NCBI GenBank assembly: GCA_026005055.1
Contig: BPKI01000001.1
Span: 2,188,214-2,252,213, forward strand
DNA length: 64,000 nt
From: Lysobacterales bacterium
GTDB taxonomy: Bacteria; Pseudomonadota; Gammaproteobacteria; Xanthomonadales; BPKI01
Direction of reading: 5' to 3'
The first letter of the stretch is position 1; each line of letters opens with the position of its first letter. Both the position numbers and the translations under genes were made by a program. Below, piece after piece: positions 1 through 12,570 of this stretch. The notes under the pieces were generated by a model, which saw only the letters and a list, made by a program, of their open reading frames with translations, was not told where the DNA came from and searched no databases.

Positions 1-563
1 CGCAGGAGGGCGAGCCGGGGCGGGACGTCTATCGGGTCGAACTGGTGCTGATCGCGCACGGAGACGCCGAAGCGGCGGGAGCCGTACCGGCGCTTGATCC
101 CACGGTCACACCGCGCACGGCGCGGCCGCTGCCTCCTGCGGATCCGACCCGAGCCGATCGCCTGCCGCGGCGTCTGCCGTCACGCGAGCTTCGACTCGAG
201 GCCTTGCTCGAGTCGCGCGCAGCCGCACTTCCCGATCAGCGTCCGATCGGCGCCCTCGGCTGGCAGCTCGGCGCTCGCGCTTTGCGAGCCGGCCGCACGG
301 TGAGCCTGGATGGCGAGTTTCCGGGCTTGCTCGGCTTCGTGCGCCTGCGGCTGAGCACTCGTCTCGTGGTCGAACTCGACTTGCGTTGGGCGCCCGCGTC
401 GCGCTCAGAGGGCGAGCCCCTCGTGTTCAGGCTGAGGGAGCGCCGGGCGATCCGGCTCAACGAGGTGCATTACTTCGATCATCCAGCCTTCGGCGTGTTG
501 CTCAGGATCGAGCGCGAACCCAGTCTGCCCGCCGTCGCCGGCATCGCCGAAGCCTCTCCTTGA
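1..563 (+). CDS. CsiV-like (DUF2803-type) periplasmic protein, 3' part; 5' end lies left of the window
   Basis: Frame 3 is open from the window edge (..VYRVELVLIAHGD..) to TGA 561-563. The C-terminal VHYFDHPAFGVLLRIE resembles the motif I associate with CsiV/DUF2803. Family call is from memory only. Confidence 0.45.
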   Translation, partial: QEGEPGRDVYRVELVLIAHGDAEAAGAVPALDPTVTPRTARPLPPADPTRADRLPRRLPSRELRLEALLESRAAALPDQRPIGALGWQLGARALRAGRTVSLDGEFPGLLGFVRLRLSTRLVVELDLRWAPASRSEGEPLVFRLRERRAIRLNEVHYFDHPAFGVLLRIEREPSLPAVAGIAEASP

Positions 564-584
564 TCGCCGTGCCGCGCCCGGAAC

Positions 585-1073
585 TCAGGGTGGCGCTTGG
601 GCCTCCTCGCTCTCCGCTTCGAGCTCGAGAAGGAAGCTGCCATCGGCCAGCCGCTTCGCTCTCTGCCCCGGGTCGAGCAACGTCCGCGCCCCTTCGACTC
701 GGATCGAGCGGACTCGACTCCAGTCGGCGACCGGGATCGCGACGCTCGCATCCCGACCCGCTTTCAGTTCGAGCGCGCGGCTCGCCTCGGGACAGGGCGC
801 CTTCACGCAGCGAACGCCCGTGTCCACCTCCACATGGACTCGACGAAGCCTAGCGGGAAAGCGCCGTTCACCGTCTTCGATCCGGAGTCGGACCGTGAGC
901 TCCCCCGGCTTGAGCGCAGGGGCGAAGGGCGCTGGCGCGGCCTCACCCGGCTCGGGAACGGTGACGAGCAGAATCGCGAGAAACGCGACTCTACCGATGA
1001 TCGAGCGAAGCCGACGTGCATGCGAGAGCGGCGCCGCCGGCTCGCGGCGGCCGAGCAGCCGAAGCGGGGACAC
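585..1073 (-). CDS. hypothetical exported protein (start uncertain)
   Basis: Minus-frame ORF 585-1199 has protein-like composition and a signal-peptide-like RRLRSIIGRVAFLAILLVTVPEPGEA. ATG 1199 would overlap the upstream methyltransferase by 125 nt. GTG 1071-1073, 1 nt after that gene's stop, is therefore preferred. No strong SD. Confidence 0.4.
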   Translation of the reverse strand: MSPLRLLGRREPAAPLSHARRLRSIIGRVAFLAILLVTVPEPGEAAPAPFAPALKPGELTVRLRIEDGERRFPARLRRVHVEVDTGVRCVKAPCPEASRALELKAGRDASVAIPVADWSRVRSIRVEGARTLLDPGQRAKRLADGSFLLELEAESEEAQAPP

Positions 1074-1074
1074 C

Positions 1075-1680
1075 TCAGCGCTCACGATCGAAGACGAAAA
1101 CTCGCGCGGGCGGGAGGTTGCGCCAGACGACCGCTCCCCTGTGGACCCTGAGGCCGAGCTCACGCCGCACCGAGCGGCGCAGGGGAGAAAAAGGCGCATA
1201 GCTGAACTGGATCACGCGCCCCGAGGGCCTGAGCACCGAAAGCAGCGAGGCGAAAAGGCGCCTCTGATCCTCTCGCGGCATCCCGAGCAGCCCGAGCCCG
1301 CTGATCACGGCGTCGAAGGGACCGCACTCGGGATGGGCCGCGAGCAAGGATGGAAGCTCCCGTGCATCGCCCCGAAGCACGCGCACCCTGGGGAACCGAC
1401 GTTCCAGGAGGTCGGCGAAGGCCTCGTTGAGTTCGATCAGGAACAGATTCTCCGGAGCGATCCCCCGTTCGAGGATCGCGCGGGTGAAGACCCCCGTCCC
1501 CGGACCGAGTTCGAGCACCCGAGCCGCATCCGCCGGCAGCGCGTCGATCATGAGCGCCGCGAGGCGCCTGCCGGAAGGCGCGATCGCAGCCGTGGATTTC
1601 GGTCGGCGCCACCATTGGCGAACGAAACACCACCAGTCGGCGAACTGCTGGCGGCGGAGAGTATCCTCTGGATGAACCAT
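1075..1680 (-). CDS. class I SAM-dependent methyltransferase (COG3963-like)
   Basis: Internal ATG 1678-1680 of ORF 1075-1836 gives a 201-aa protein. It has motif I VLELGPGTGVFT preceded by AIAPSGRRLAALM. The upstream part of the ORF is Arg-rich junk. Confidence 0.7.
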   Translation of the reverse strand: MVHPEDTLRRQQFADWWCFVRQWWRRPKSTAAIAPSGRRLAALMIDALPADAARVLELGPGTGVFTRAILERGIAPENLFLIELNEAFADLLERRFPRVRVLRGDARELPSLLAAHPECGPFDAVISGLGLLGMPREDQRRLFASLLSVLRPSGRVIQFSYAPFSPLRRSVRRELGLRVHRGAVVWRNLPPARVFVFDRER

Positions 1681-1847
1681 GCGAAGCCGCTCCCGGAGCG
1701 GAGGCGGCAGAAGCTTATCACGATCATCCCTTCGCGTCGGCGACCGCGAGCGTTTTCTGGCCTTCGGCGCGCTCCATCGGCTATGATTTCGGGTTTCCCG
1801 CCCATCGTCCGGCAAACCGCGCCGGACTGCTTGCAACGGAGGTGGTC

Positions 1848-3353
1848 ATGGACCGTCTGCTCTCGCTCCTCAACGAGATGCGCGCGGCCGGCGGCGCGAT
1901 CCGCACCCGCGGCCTCGACGATGCAGTGATCCGGCGCTTCGCGGCCTCGCGCCCGGCCCTGCGTACCGCGATCGAGGAGGCGCACGCGCGCTTCCGCGAG
2001 CTCTCACGGGTCATGCCCGATTTCATCGCCCTCGACGAGGCTGAGCAGGTACGTCGCGCGCAGGAGGGGATCCTCAACTTCTATCCCGAGGACGCGGTCA
2101 ACCCCTACGTCGCGCTCGCCGCCCGCGGAGCGTGGATCGTGACACTAAAGGGCGCGGTGGTGCTCGACATGGGTGGCTATGGGATGCTCGGCTTCGGCCA
2201 TGCGCCCGAACCGGTGCTCGCCGCCCTCAACGGCACCCAAGTCATGGCCAACGTGATGACGCCGAGCCTGAGCCAAATGCGGGCCGTGGCGGCGCTGCGC
2301 GGCGAAATCGGCCATCGGCGGGGCGGCTGTCCCTACGCGAAGTTCTTTTTCCTCAACTCTGGCTCGGAGGCCGTCACCCTGGCCGGCCGGCTGGCGGACG
2401 TCAACGTGAAGCGGATGACCGATCCCGGTGCCCCGCGCGCCGGCGCCAAGGTGCGGCGCATCTCGGTCAAAGGCAGCTTCCACGGCCGCACCGAGCATCC
2501 CGCGCTCTATTCCGATTCGACCCGCCGCGCGTATCAACAGCACCTCGGCAGCGCCAAGCATCACGATCACCTGATCGCGATCGAACCCTACGACGTCGCG
2601 GCCTTGGAGCAGGCCTTCGCCGAGGCCGAGCGAAACGGCTGGTTCATCGAGGCGGTCTTCCTCGAGCCGGTCATGGGCGAGGGCAACCCCGGCAAGGCGC
2701 TCACGCCCGAGTTCTACGCCGCGGCCCGTGAACTGACGGCGCGCCACGGGACGCTCCTCCTGATCGACTCGATCCAAGCCGGCCTTCGCGCTCAAGGCGT
2801 GCTCTCGATCGTCGATTATCCCGGCTTCGAGGGTCTTCCCCCGCCGGACATGGAGACCTTCTCCAAAGCCCTCAATGCCGGCCAGTTCCCGCTCTCGGTG
2901 TTGGCAGTGAACGAACGCGCGGCCGGGCTCTACCGGAAAGGCATCTACGGCAACACCATGACCGCCAACCCGCGGGCCTTGGACTGCGCGACCGCCGTGC
3001 TCGCCGCCCTCACCCCCGAACTCCGGCGCAACATCGTCGAGCGCGGTCGCGAGTTCGTCGAGCGCCTGAAGCGTCTGCGCGAGGAGCTCGACGGCCGTAT
3101 CTGCGCCGTCCAGGGCACCGGTCTGCTCGTCTCCTGCGAGCTCGCGCCCGATTACAAGTGCTACGGCGCGGACAGCATCGAGGATTTCCTGCGCACTCAA
3201 GGACTCGGGGTCATCCACGGCGGTCAGAACAGCCTGCGCTTCACCCCGACCTTCGACATCGGCAGCGAGGAGCTTGAGTTGGCGGTCAACGCGGTGCGCC
3301 ACGCGCTGCTCCACGGGCCCAAGCAGCAGGCGGAGCGCGCCGCCGCCGCGTGA
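1848..3353 (+). CDS. class-III (acetylornithine/GABA-type fold) PLP-dependent aminotransferase
   Basis: GGAGG at 1838-1842 sits 5 nt before ATG 1848. Motifs FFLNSGSEAVTLAGR, LLIDSIQAGLRAQG and FSKALNAGQFPLS (candidate PLP lysine). 501 aa with an N-terminal extension of about 70 aa. Confidence 0.8.
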   Translation: MDRLLSLLNEMRAAGGAIRTRGLDDAVIRRFAASRPALRTAIEEAHARFRELSRVMPDFIALDEAEQVRRAQEGILNFYPEDAVNPYVALAARGAWIVTLKGAVVLDMGGYGMLGFGHAPEPVLAALNGTQVMANVMTPSLSQMRAVAALRGEIGHRRGGCPYAKFFFLNSGSEAVTLAGRLADVNVKRMTDPGAPRAGAKVRRISVKGSFHGRTEHPALYSDSTRRAYQQHLGSAKHHDHLIAIEPYDVAALEQAFAEAERNGWFIEAVFLEPVMGEGNPGKALTPEFYAAARELTARHGTLLLIDSIQAGLRAQGVLSIVDYPGFEGLPPPDMETFSKALNAGQFPLSVLAVNERAAGLYRKGIYGNTMTANPRALDCATAVLAALTPELRRNIVERGREFVERLKRLREELDGRICAVQGTGLLVSCELAPDYKCYGADSIEDFLRTQGLGVIHGGQNSLRFTPTFDIGSEELELAVNAVRHALLHGPKQQAERAAAA

Positions 3354-3376
3354 TCGCGGGCGTGGGGGCGGAGCAC

Positions 3377-5280
<1,904 letters not shown>

Positions 5281-5637
5281 TCAGCGGCGGAGCAGCTGAG
5301 CGATTTCCTCGAGTTCGAGCCGGAGCTGATGCGCGAGCTGCTGCGAGAGCTGCGCCTCGCGCTTGCCCTGCTCCCCCTCGAGGCGTTGTCGCGCGCCGCC
5401 GATGGTGAAACCCTGATCATACAGCAAGCTACGGATCTGCCGCACGAGCAGGACGTCCTGCCGCTGGTAATAGCGCCGGTTGCCGCGCCGCTTCACCGGC
5501 TTGAGACCCGGAAACTCCTGTTCCCAATAGCGCAGGACGTGCGGCTTGACGTCGCACAGCTCGCTCACTTCGCCGATGGTGAAGTAGCGTTTGGCCGGAA
5601 TCGGCGGGAGTTCGTCATTGCTTCGCGGGTCCAGCAT
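5281..5637 (-). CDS. MerR-family transcriptional regulator
   Basis: [26 protein letters not shown] helix-turn-helix. 118 aa. Overlaps the ihfA 3' end by 23 nt. Confidence 0.8.
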   Translation of the reverse strand: MLDPRSNDELPPIPAKRYFTIGEVSELCDVKPHVLRYWEQEFPGLKPVKRRGNRRYYQRQDVLLVRQIRSLLYDQGFTIGGARQRLEGEQGKREAQLSQQLAHQLRLELEEIAQLLRR

Positions 5638-5917
5638 AAGCCTCCACCCTGCTCTTCAGCTTTTGCCCGGAGCGAAAGGTCACGACCCTACGCGCCGAGA
5701 TCGGGATTTCCTCTCCAGTCTTGGGATTGCGCCCGGGACGCCTCCGCTTGTCGCGCAGCTCGAAGGCCCCGAAGCCCGAGAGCTTCACTGGCCGCCCACG
5801 TTCGAGCGTCTCGACGATCGCCGCGAAGAAGGCATCGACGAACTCCTTGCCCTCCCTTTTGTTCAACCCCACCTCGGCATGGAGTCGTTCGGCCAGCTCG
5901 GCTTTGGTGAGCGCCAT
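5615..5917 (-). CDS. ihfA: integration host factor subunit alpha
   Basis: [12 protein letters not shown].., [26 protein letters not shown]. 100 aa, directly downstream of pheT. Confidence 0.9.
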   Translation of the reverse strand: MALTKAELAERLHAEVGLNKREGKEFVDAFFAAIVETLERGRPVKLSGFGAFELRDKRRRPGRNPKTGEEIPISARRVVTFRSGQKLKSRVEAYAGPAKQ

Positions 5918-5920
5918 CGA

Positions 5921-8293
5921 TCAAGCCCTCAAGCGTGCCGAGGCCTTTTGCTGCATGGCCGCCACGACGCGCGCCACCAGGCCGTCGACCTCGTCGTCGG
6001 TTAGAGTGCGGGAAGAATCCTGCAAAATCAAGCCGATGGCGAGGCTACGCCGCCCCTCGCCAAGCCCTCCGCCGCGGTATTCGTCGAACAGGAACAGATC
6101 GACCAGGAGCGATCCGACCGCTTCCCGCACGATCTGCTCGACCTCGGCGAAAGGAATACGCTCCTCGAGCTCGAAGGCGAGGTCCCGCCGCACCGACGGG
6201 AAACGCGGCGGCATCACCGCTCTGGGTAGCGGCCTCTCGGCGAACACGGCGAGCTCGATTTCGCAGGCGAGCGTCGCCTCGGGGAGGTCGAGGCGGGCGG
6301 CGAGCTTCGGGTCGAGTTGCCCCATCCAGCCGCATTCGATTCCCTGGACCTTGATCACCGCCGAACGCCCCGGGTGGAGCCAGGGCTTCGCCGCGGCTTC
6401 GAAGCTCGACGGCCGACCGAGGAGCGCAAGCAAGCTCTCCAGATCGCCCTTGAGATCGTAGAAATCGTGCTCCCCGCCCGGCTCGCACCAGTGGCCGGCA
6501 TGGCGCGGACCGCAGAGGAGCAGCGCGAGGCGCTCGATCTCGCGCGGCGCGCCCTCCGCCTGGGGATGGAAGCTGCGTCCGAGCTCGAAGAGGCGGATCC
6601 GCTCACGCTGCCGGTAGCGGTTGAAGCGCGCCGCCTCGGCGAGCCCGGGAATGAGCGAGGGCCGCATCACCGCGAGCTCGGCGGAGAGAGGATTGGCGAG
6701 CCGCACCACCGCCTCATCCATCCCCCACTGCGCGAGCAGGGCATCGCCCACGAAGGCGAAGCAGATCGCCTCCGAATAGCCCCGCGCGGCCAGCCACTCC
6801 CGCAGCCGTTCCGGCGCGATTTGCCCCTCGGGCCGACGGGCCGGGGGTGTCACGCCGGCAAGAGGCATCGCTGGCAGGCGCTCGTAACCGTGGATGCGGA
6901 TGAGCTCCTCGATGAGGTCCTCCTCGCGCTCGAGATCGAAGCGCGCGCTCGGCGGAATCACCCACCAGCCCTCGCCATGGGGGCGAAGCGCAAGCCCCAA
7001 CGCGCCGAGAATGCGCTCGACTTCGGCATCGGGGATCACCAAGCCCAGCACCCGCGCCAGCCGCTCTCGCCGAAGCAGGATCGGCTCGCGCTTCGGCAGC
7101 TCCTCCGGCAGCACCGCCTCGACGATGGGACCCGGACGGCCGCCGGCGAGCGCGAGAAGCAACGCGGTGGCTCGCTCGATCGCTACGCGCGGCAATTCGG
7201 GATCGACGCCGCGCTCGAAGCGATGGGCGGCGTCGGTGGCGAGTCCGAGCCGACGCGCCCTGCCCATGACCGCCTGCGGGGCGAAGAAGGCGCTCTCGAT
7301 GAACACCGCGTTCGTGTCCTCGCGCACTCGGCTCTCCTCCCCGCCCATGATCCCGGCGAGCGCCACGGGTCCGCGCCCATCGGCAATGACGAGGAACTCG
7401 GGGTCGAGCCTCACTTCGCGCCCATCGAGCAACACCAGCCGCTCGCCGGACCTTGCCCTTCGCACGTCGATCCCGCCGGAGAGAGCCGCGAGCGCAAAGG
7501 CGTGCAGCGGCTGGCCGAGCTCCAGCATGACGTAGTTGGTCACGTCGACCACGACATGGAGCGGCCGAAGACCGGCGCGACGCAGACGCTCGCGCATCCA
7601 TCCGGGCGTCACGGCACGGGGATCGAGGCCCTCGATGATTCTGCCCAGGTAGCGGGCGCAGCCGGCTCCGCGCTCGAGCGAAACCGCCAGGCGGCGGTCG
7701 CTGCGCGCCTCGACCGCTTCGATCGCAGGCCCCTGCATCGCCTGACCGAAGAGGGTGGCGAGTTCTCGCGCGAGCCCGCGCACGCTCAGGCAGTCGCCGC
7801 GATTCGGGGTCAGCTTGAGCTCGAGGAGATGATCCGGAAGACCGAGCGCCTGCGCGAGCGGGATGCCCGCAGGCGTTGCGGGATCGAGCTCGAGCAGAGC
7901 GCCACGCTCCTCCCCCAGGCCGAGCTCCGCCGCCGAGCACAGCATCCCCTCGGAGCGCACGCCGCGCAGCACCGTCGTCTCGATTCGGCGACCATCGGGG
8001 AGGACCGCGCCGGGCAAGGCGAGCGGCGTCCTGAGACCAGGCCGCACGTTGCCGGCTCCGCAAACGATCGAACGATCCCGCTCGCCATCGAACACCACGC
8101 AGGCCCTCAGGCGCTCGGCCGCGGGGTGAGGCGAGACCTCGCGGACTTCGGCGACGATCACCCCTTCGAGGCCCTCGCCGATGGGGATGATCTGCTCGAC
8201 CTCGATCCCCGCCATGGTCAGGCGCTCGGCGATCTCCGGCACCGCAACCGGCAGATCGCACCATTCGCGAAGCCAGCTCAAGGGAAGGCGCAT
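5921..8293 (-). CDS. pheT: phenylalanine--tRNA ligase beta subunit
   Basis: MRLPLSWLREWCDLP N-terminus at ATG 8291-8293, 790 aa. Follows pheS with a 7-nt spacer. Confidence 0.9.
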   Translation of the reverse strand: MRLPLSWLREWCDLPVAVPEIAERLTMAGIEVEQIIPIGEGLEGVIVAEVREVSPHPAAERLRACVVFDGERDRSIVCGAGNVRPGLRTPLALPGAVLPDGRRIETTVLRGVRSEGMLCSAAELGLGEERGALLELDPATPAGIPLAQALGLPDHLLELKLTPNRGDCLSVRGLARELATLFGQAMQGPAIEAVEARSDRRLAVSLERGAGCARYLGRIIEGLDPRAVTPGWMRERLRRAGLRPLHVVVDVTNYVMLELGQPLHAFALAALSGGIDVRRARSGERLVLLDGREVRLDPEFLVIADGRGPVALAGIMGGEESRVREDTNAVFIESAFFAPQAVMGRARRLGLATDAAHRFERGVDPELPRVAIERATALLLALAGGRPGPIVEAVLPEELPKREPILLRRERLARVLGLVIPDAEVERILGALGLALRPHGEGWWVIPPSARFDLEREEDLIEELIRIHGYERLPAMPLAGVTPPARRPEGQIAPERLREWLAARGYSEAICFAFVGDALLAQWGMDEAVVRLANPLSAELAVMRPSLIPGLAEAARFNRYRQRERIRLFELGRSFHPQAEGAPREIERLALLLCGPRHAGHWCEPGGEHDFYDLKGDLESLLALLGRPSSFEAAAKPWLHPGRSAVIKVQGIECGWMGQLDPKLAARLDLPEATLACEIELAVFAERPLPRAVMPPRFPSVRRDLAFELEERIPFAEVEQIVREAVGSLLVDLFLFDEYRGGGLGEGRRSLAIGLILQDSSRTLTDDEVDGLVARVVAAMQQKASARLRA

Positions 8294-8300
8294 CGGGCGC

Positions 8301-9314
8301 TCAGACGAAGGGGGCGAGGAAACGCAGATCGTTGTCGAAGAAGGCGCGGAGATCGCTGACGCCATAGCGCAACATGGCGAAGCGTTCCACGCCGAGACCG
8401 AAGGCGAAGCCGGTGTAGCGCTCAGGATCGATGCCGCCGTTCTTTAGGACGCGCGGATGCACCATGCCGCAGCCGAGCACCTCGAGCCAGCGCGGCGCCG
8501 AGCCATCGCCCGGCTCCCAGAGCAAATCGACTTCCGCCGAGGGCTCGGTGAAAGGAAAGTAGCTCGGCCGGAAACGCATCCGGAAACCGCGCTCGAAGAA
8601 GGCCGCGACGAAGTCCGAGAGGGTGCCTTTGAGCTGCGCGAAGCTCACGCCCTCGTCGACGACGAGACCCTCGACCTGGTGGAACATGGGCGAGTGGGTC
8701 TGATCCGAATCGCTGCGATAGACCTTGCCGGCGGCGATCACGCGCAAGGGCGGACGGTGCTCGCGCATCGCTCGCAATTGCACGGGCGAGGTATGGGTTC
8801 GCAGCAGCCGGCCGTCGGGGAGGTAGAAGGTGTCGTGCATCGCCCGCGCGGGGTGATGCGGTGGAAAGTTGAGGGCCTCGAAGTTGTGCCAGTCATCCTC
8901 GATCTCGGGACCGTCGGCGAGGCGGAACCCCATCTGTTCAAGGATCGCCACGATCCTGTTCAGGGTGATCGTGAGCGGATGCAGGCTACCGCGGAGGCGA
9001 TCGCGTCCGGGCATGGTGACGTCGATCCGCTCCGCGGCGAGCCGTTCCCGATAGAGCGCATCCTCGAGGATCCGTCGGCGCGCGGCGATGCGCGCTTCGG
9101 CCTCGTCTCGCAGACGGTTGAGCACCTGGCCGCGTTGCCGGCGCAGCTCGGGCGGCAAAGTCCCGAGGCTCTTCAGGGCCTCGCTGATCGAGCCGTGACG
9201 ACCGAGCAATGCGACGCGCACTCGCTCGAGCTCCTCGAGTGAGGCGGCGCGCTCGATGCTCTCCAGCGTGAACTCGACCTCTTCCGGCGCCTGGACGCCC
9301 TCACCCGGGCACAT
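8301..9314 (-). CDS. pheS: phenylalanine--tRNA ligase alpha subunit
   Basis: Class II motifs ([26 protein letters not shown]). ATG 9312-9314 is preceded by GGGGGAA. A GTG at 9335 is an alternative start. Confidence 0.9.
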   Translation of the reverse strand: MCPGEGVQAPEEVEFTLESIERAASLEELERVRVALLGRHGSISEALKSLGTLPPELRRQRGQVLNRLRDEAEARIAARRRILEDALYRERLAAERIDVTMPGRDRLRGSLHPLTITLNRIVAILEQMGFRLADGPEIEDDWHNFEALNFPPHHPARAMHDTFYLPDGRLLRTHTSPVQLRAMREHRPPLRVIAAGKVYRSDSDQTHSPMFHQVEGLVVDEGVSFAQLKGTLSDFVAAFFERGFRMRFRPSYFPFTEPSAEVDLLWEPGDGSAPRWLEVLGCGMVHPRVLKNGGIDPERYTGFAFGLGVERFAMLRYGVSDLRAFFDNDLRFLAPFV

Positions 9315-9353
9315 GCGTTCCCCCGAGGCAGACACGGCGGCGACTCGCCGCCT

Positions 9354-9716
9354 TCAGGCCGGGGCCAGGGCCGCCTTGGCGCGTTCGGCGAGCGCCGCGA
9401 AGGCCTGCGGATCGTGAACCGCGAGATCGGCGAGCGACTTGCGGTCCACGGCGATCGCCGCCTTCTGCAAACCGGCGATGAATCGGCTATAGCTCATCCC
9501 GAGCTGGCGAGCGGCGGCATTGATGCGCACGATCCAGAGGGCGCGAAACTCCCGCTTCTTCGCCCGGCGGTCGCGATAGGCATACTGTTCGGCCTTGATC
9601 ACCGCCTGTTTGGCGACCCGATAGACCTTGCGTCGCGCGTTGTAGTAGCCCTTGGCCAGGGCGAGCACTTTCTTGTGCCGCGCACGCGCCGTCACACCAC
9701 GCTTCACTCGAGCCAT
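9354..9716 (-). CDS. rplT: 50S ribosomal protein L20
   Basis: [18 protein letters not shown].., 120 aa. Confidence 0.95.
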   Translation of the reverse strand: MARVKRGVTARARHKKVLALAKGYYNARRKVYRVAKQAVIKAEQYAYRDRRAKKREFRALWIVRINAAARQLGMSYSRFIAGLQKAAIAVDRKSLADLAVHDPQAFAALAERAKAALAPA

Positions 9717-9728
9717 CTCAGGACCTCC

Positions 9729-9926
9729 TCAGGCGTAGGGGAGCATGCGCTCGACCGACTTCTGGTCGCACGCAGCGACATAGTTGACCCCACGCAGATT
9801 GCGCTTACGTTTGCTCGGCTTCTTCGTGAGGATGTGGCTATGGTTGGCGTGACCGCACTTGAAACGTCCGGTCGCCGTCTTGCGGAAGCGCTTGGCTGCC
9901 GCGCGGTTGGTCTTGATCTTCGGCAT
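9729..9926 (-). CDS. rpmI: 50S ribosomal protein L35
   Basis: [20 protein letters not shown].., 65 aa. ATG 9924-9926 with GGAGA SD. Confidence 0.95.
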   Translation of the reverse strand: MPKIKTNRAAAKRFRKTATGRFKCGHANHSHILTKKPSKRKRNLRGVNYVAACDQKSVERMLPYA

Positions 9927-10087
9927 GAGTGGTCTCCCGGATCCGAGGAGGAAATCATGGTCGGCCTCAGGGCGGCCCCAGCGAGCGCTTGCCATCCTGC
10001 CCGTTCGGCCTTCTTCGCCCATCGTTGAGCGAGCCTGCGATTATAGCGCAGCGCTCGGCCACCGCGAAAGAACTCACCCTGGGCCAA

Positions 10088-10633
10088 TCAGCGCTTGCGC
10101 GGCGCGATCAGCATCACCATCTGGCGGCCTTCGAGACGCGGACGTTGCTCGATGATCGCCTCGTCGCCGAGATCTTTCTCAATGCGCTCGGTCATGGCCA
10201 GACCGAGATCGCTGTGCATGACCTCTCGCCCGCGGAAGCGGACCGTCACCTTGACCTTGTCGCCTTCGCCGAGGAAAGCGCGCAAGTCGCGCAGCTTTCG
10301 CTGGTAATCCCCCTCGTCGGTGGTAGGACGAAACTTGAGCTCCTTGACCTCGATCTGCTTCTGCTTCTTCTTCGCCGCCTGCGCCTTCTTCTGCTGTTCG
10401 AAGCGGAACTTGCCGAAGTCCATGATTCGGCATACCGGCGGTTCGGCGTTGGGTTGGATCTCGACCAGGTCGAGGCCCTGCTCCCGGGCCAGTTCGAGCG
10501 CTTCGTTGCGCGAGAGGATGCCGATCTGCTTTCCTTCGGCGTCGATCACCCGCACTTTCCAAGCGCGGATTTCCTCGTTGCGGCGAATCGGTTTTTCGGT
10601 GGCGATGGGTCGAACCTCCGGGGTCTTCAGCAA
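10088..10633 (-). CDS. infC: translation initiation factor IF-3 (start probably AUC at 10606)
   Basis: [34 protein letters not shown]. The ORF opens at TTG 10633 without an SD. ATC 10604-10606 has GGAGG 8 nt upstream. Confidence 0.9.
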   Translation of the reverse strand: MLKTPEVRPIATEKPIRRNEEIRAWKVRVIDAEGKQIGILSRNEALELAREQGLDLVEIQPNAEPPVCRIMDFGKFRFEQQKKAQAAKKKQKQIEVKELKFRPTTDEGDYQRKLRDLRAFLGEGDKVKVTVRFRGREVMHSDLGLAMTERIEKDLGDEAIIEQRPRLEGRQMVMLIAPRKR

Positions 10634-12570
10634 CTGCGCCCGGAACGGCCCGGGCGCGCCTCCTCGCGCAGCCGAGCCGCGAACTCGTCCGGCGTCATGG
10701 TGCCGAGATTCTCCCCGCTGCGCGCGCGCACCGCGACGAGCCCCGCCTCCCGCTCCCGATCCCCCACGACCAGCAGGTAAGGCACGCGCTGCACGGTGTG
10801 CTCGCGAATCTTATAGCCGATCTTTTCGTTCCTCAAGTCGGGCTGCACGCGCAGACCTCGGTCCTGCAAGGCTCGCACGACCGAGGCCGCATACTCCGCT
10901 TGTGCATCGGTGATGTTCATGACCACCGCCTGCACCGGCGCGAGCCAAGGCGGAAAAGCGCCCGCGTAGTGCTCGATCAAGATGCCGATGAAACGCTCGA
11001 AGGAGCCGATGATCGCGCGATGCAGCATCACCGGGGTGCGTCGGCTGGAATCTTCGGCCACGTACTCGGCGCCGAGGCGCTGAGGCATCGAGAAATCGAC
11101 CTGAATGGTCCCGCACTGCCAGGTCCGACCGAGGGAATCCTTCAGCACGAACTCGATCTTGGGACCATAAAAGGCGCCTTCTCCGGGCTGAACCTGGTAT
11201 TGAAGGCCGTGCGCCTCGAGCGCCGCCTCGAGCGCCTTCTCCGCCTTGTCCCAGATCTCGTCCGATCCGATGCGCTTGGCGGGACGCGTCGAGAGCTTGT
11301 AGAGGATATCCTCGAAGCCGAAGTCGGCGTAGACCTGACGGAGCACCTCGATGAAATCGTGCACCTCGCCTTCGATTTGCTCCTCGGTGCAGAAAATGTG
11401 CCCGTCGTCCTGAGTGAAGGCACGCACCCGCATCAGTCCGTGGAGCGCGCCCGAGGGCTCGTTGCGGTGACAGGACCCGAACTCGCCGTAGCGGATCGGG
11501 AGCTCGCGGTAGCTATGCAAGCCCTGCCGGAAGACCTGGACGTGCCCCGGGCAGTTCATCGGCTTGACCGCGTAGTCGCGGTTCTCCGAGCTCGTGGTGA
11601 ACATGTTTTCCTTGAAGTTCTCCCAGTGCCCGGAGCGCTCCCATAGGCTCCTGTCGAGGATCATCGGACAGCGGATCTCCTGATATCCCGCCCGGCGATA
11701 GACCCCGCGCATGTAGTCCTCGACGATGCGATAGAGCGTCCAGCCCTTGGGATGCCAGAACACCATCCCGGGCGCTTCCTCCTGAAGGTGGAACAGGCCG
11801 AGCTGCCGTCCGAGCCGTCGGTGATCTCGCTTCTCGGCCTCCTCGAGACGCTTCAAATACGCCTCGAGGTCCTCGCGGCGAAGCCAAGCAGTGCCATAAA
11901 TGCGCTGCAGCATCTCGTTGCGCGGATCGCCCCGCCAATAGGCCCCGGCCACCTTCATCAACTTGAAGTGCCTGAGCTTGCCGGTGTCGGGCACATGCGG
12001 GCCGCGGCAGAGATCCACGAACTCGCCCTGACGGTAGAGGGAGATCGTCTCCTCGGGCGGAATGCTCTCGATGATCTGCGCTTTGTACTCCTCGCCCATC
12101 CGCCGGAAGAATGCAATCGCCTCCTCGCGCGGCATCTCGGTACGCTCGACCACGAGCGCTTCGGCGGCGATCCGGCGCATTTCCGCCTCGATTTTCTCGA
12201 GATCTTCGGGCGTGAAGGCTTCCTCTCGGGCGAAGTCGTAGTAGAAGCCGTCCTCGATCACCGGCCCGATCGTCACCTGGGTGCCCGGGTAGAGGCGCTG
12301 CACTGCCTGCGCCAGCAGATGGGCAGTGGAGTGGCGGATGATTTCGAGCGCTTCAGGATCGCGCTCGGTCAGGATCTCCACCCGCGCATCGCGCTCGATG
12401 CGAAACGAGAGATCGACGATTCGCCCATCCACCCGCGCGGCGATGGCGGCCTCGGCCAAGCGGGAGCTGATCGATTCCGCCACCGCGCGCGCCGTGAGCG
12501 GCTGGGGATAGCTTCTTTCAGAGCCGTCTTTGAGGGTGATCCGAATCATGAACGAGAACGACCGATGCAC
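10627..12570 (-). CDS. thrS: threonine--tRNA ligase
   Basis: [13 protein letters not shown]-domain start and class II core. GTG 12570 has GAGGG 8 nt upstream; ATG 12549 is the alternative start. Confidence 0.9.
   Translation of the reverse strand: MHRSFSFMIRITLKDGSERSYPQPLTARAVAESISSRLAEAAIAARVDGRIVDLSFRIERDARVEILTERDPEALEIIRHSTAHLLAQAVQRLYPGTQVTIGPVIEDGFYYDFAREEAFTPEDLEKIEAEMRRIAAEALVVERTEMPREEAIAFFRRMGEEYKAQIIESIPPEETISLYRQGEFVDLCRGPHVPDTGKLRHFKLMKVAGAYWRGDPRNEMLQRIYGTAWLRREDLEAYLKRLEEAEKRDHRRLGRQLGLFHLQEEAPGMVFWHPKGWTLYRIVEDYMRGVYRRAGYQEIRCPMILDRSLWERSGHWENFKENMFTTSSENRDYAVKPMNCPGHVQVFRQGLHSYRELPIRYGEFGSCHRNEPSGALHGLMRVRAFTQDDGHIFCTEEQIEGEVHDFIEVLRQVYADFGFEDILYKLSTRPAKRIGSDEIWDKAEKALEAALEAHGLQYQVQPGEGAFYGPKIEFVLKDSLGRTWQCGTIQVDFSMPQRLGAEYVAEDSSRRTPVMLHRAIIGSFERFIGILIEHYAGAFPPWLAPVQAVVMNITDAQAEYAASVVRALQDRGLRVQPDLRNEKIGYKIREHTVQRVPYLLVVGDREREAGLVAVRARSGENLGTMTPDEFAARLREEARPGRSGRSC

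Noticed and set aside
6317-8359. 680-aa plus-strand ORF antisense to pheT (plus a 516-aa alternative minus frame)
   Set aside because: Same high-GC artefact. pheT in its own frame has the recognisable domain order and the correct neighbours.
9315-9353. Search for a pheM-type leader peptide/attenuator between rplT and pheS
   Set aside because: The spacer is only 18-39 nt depending on the pheS start. It holds one short GC hairpin (GGCGGC-GACTC-GCCGCC). There is no room for a Phe-rich leader ORF.
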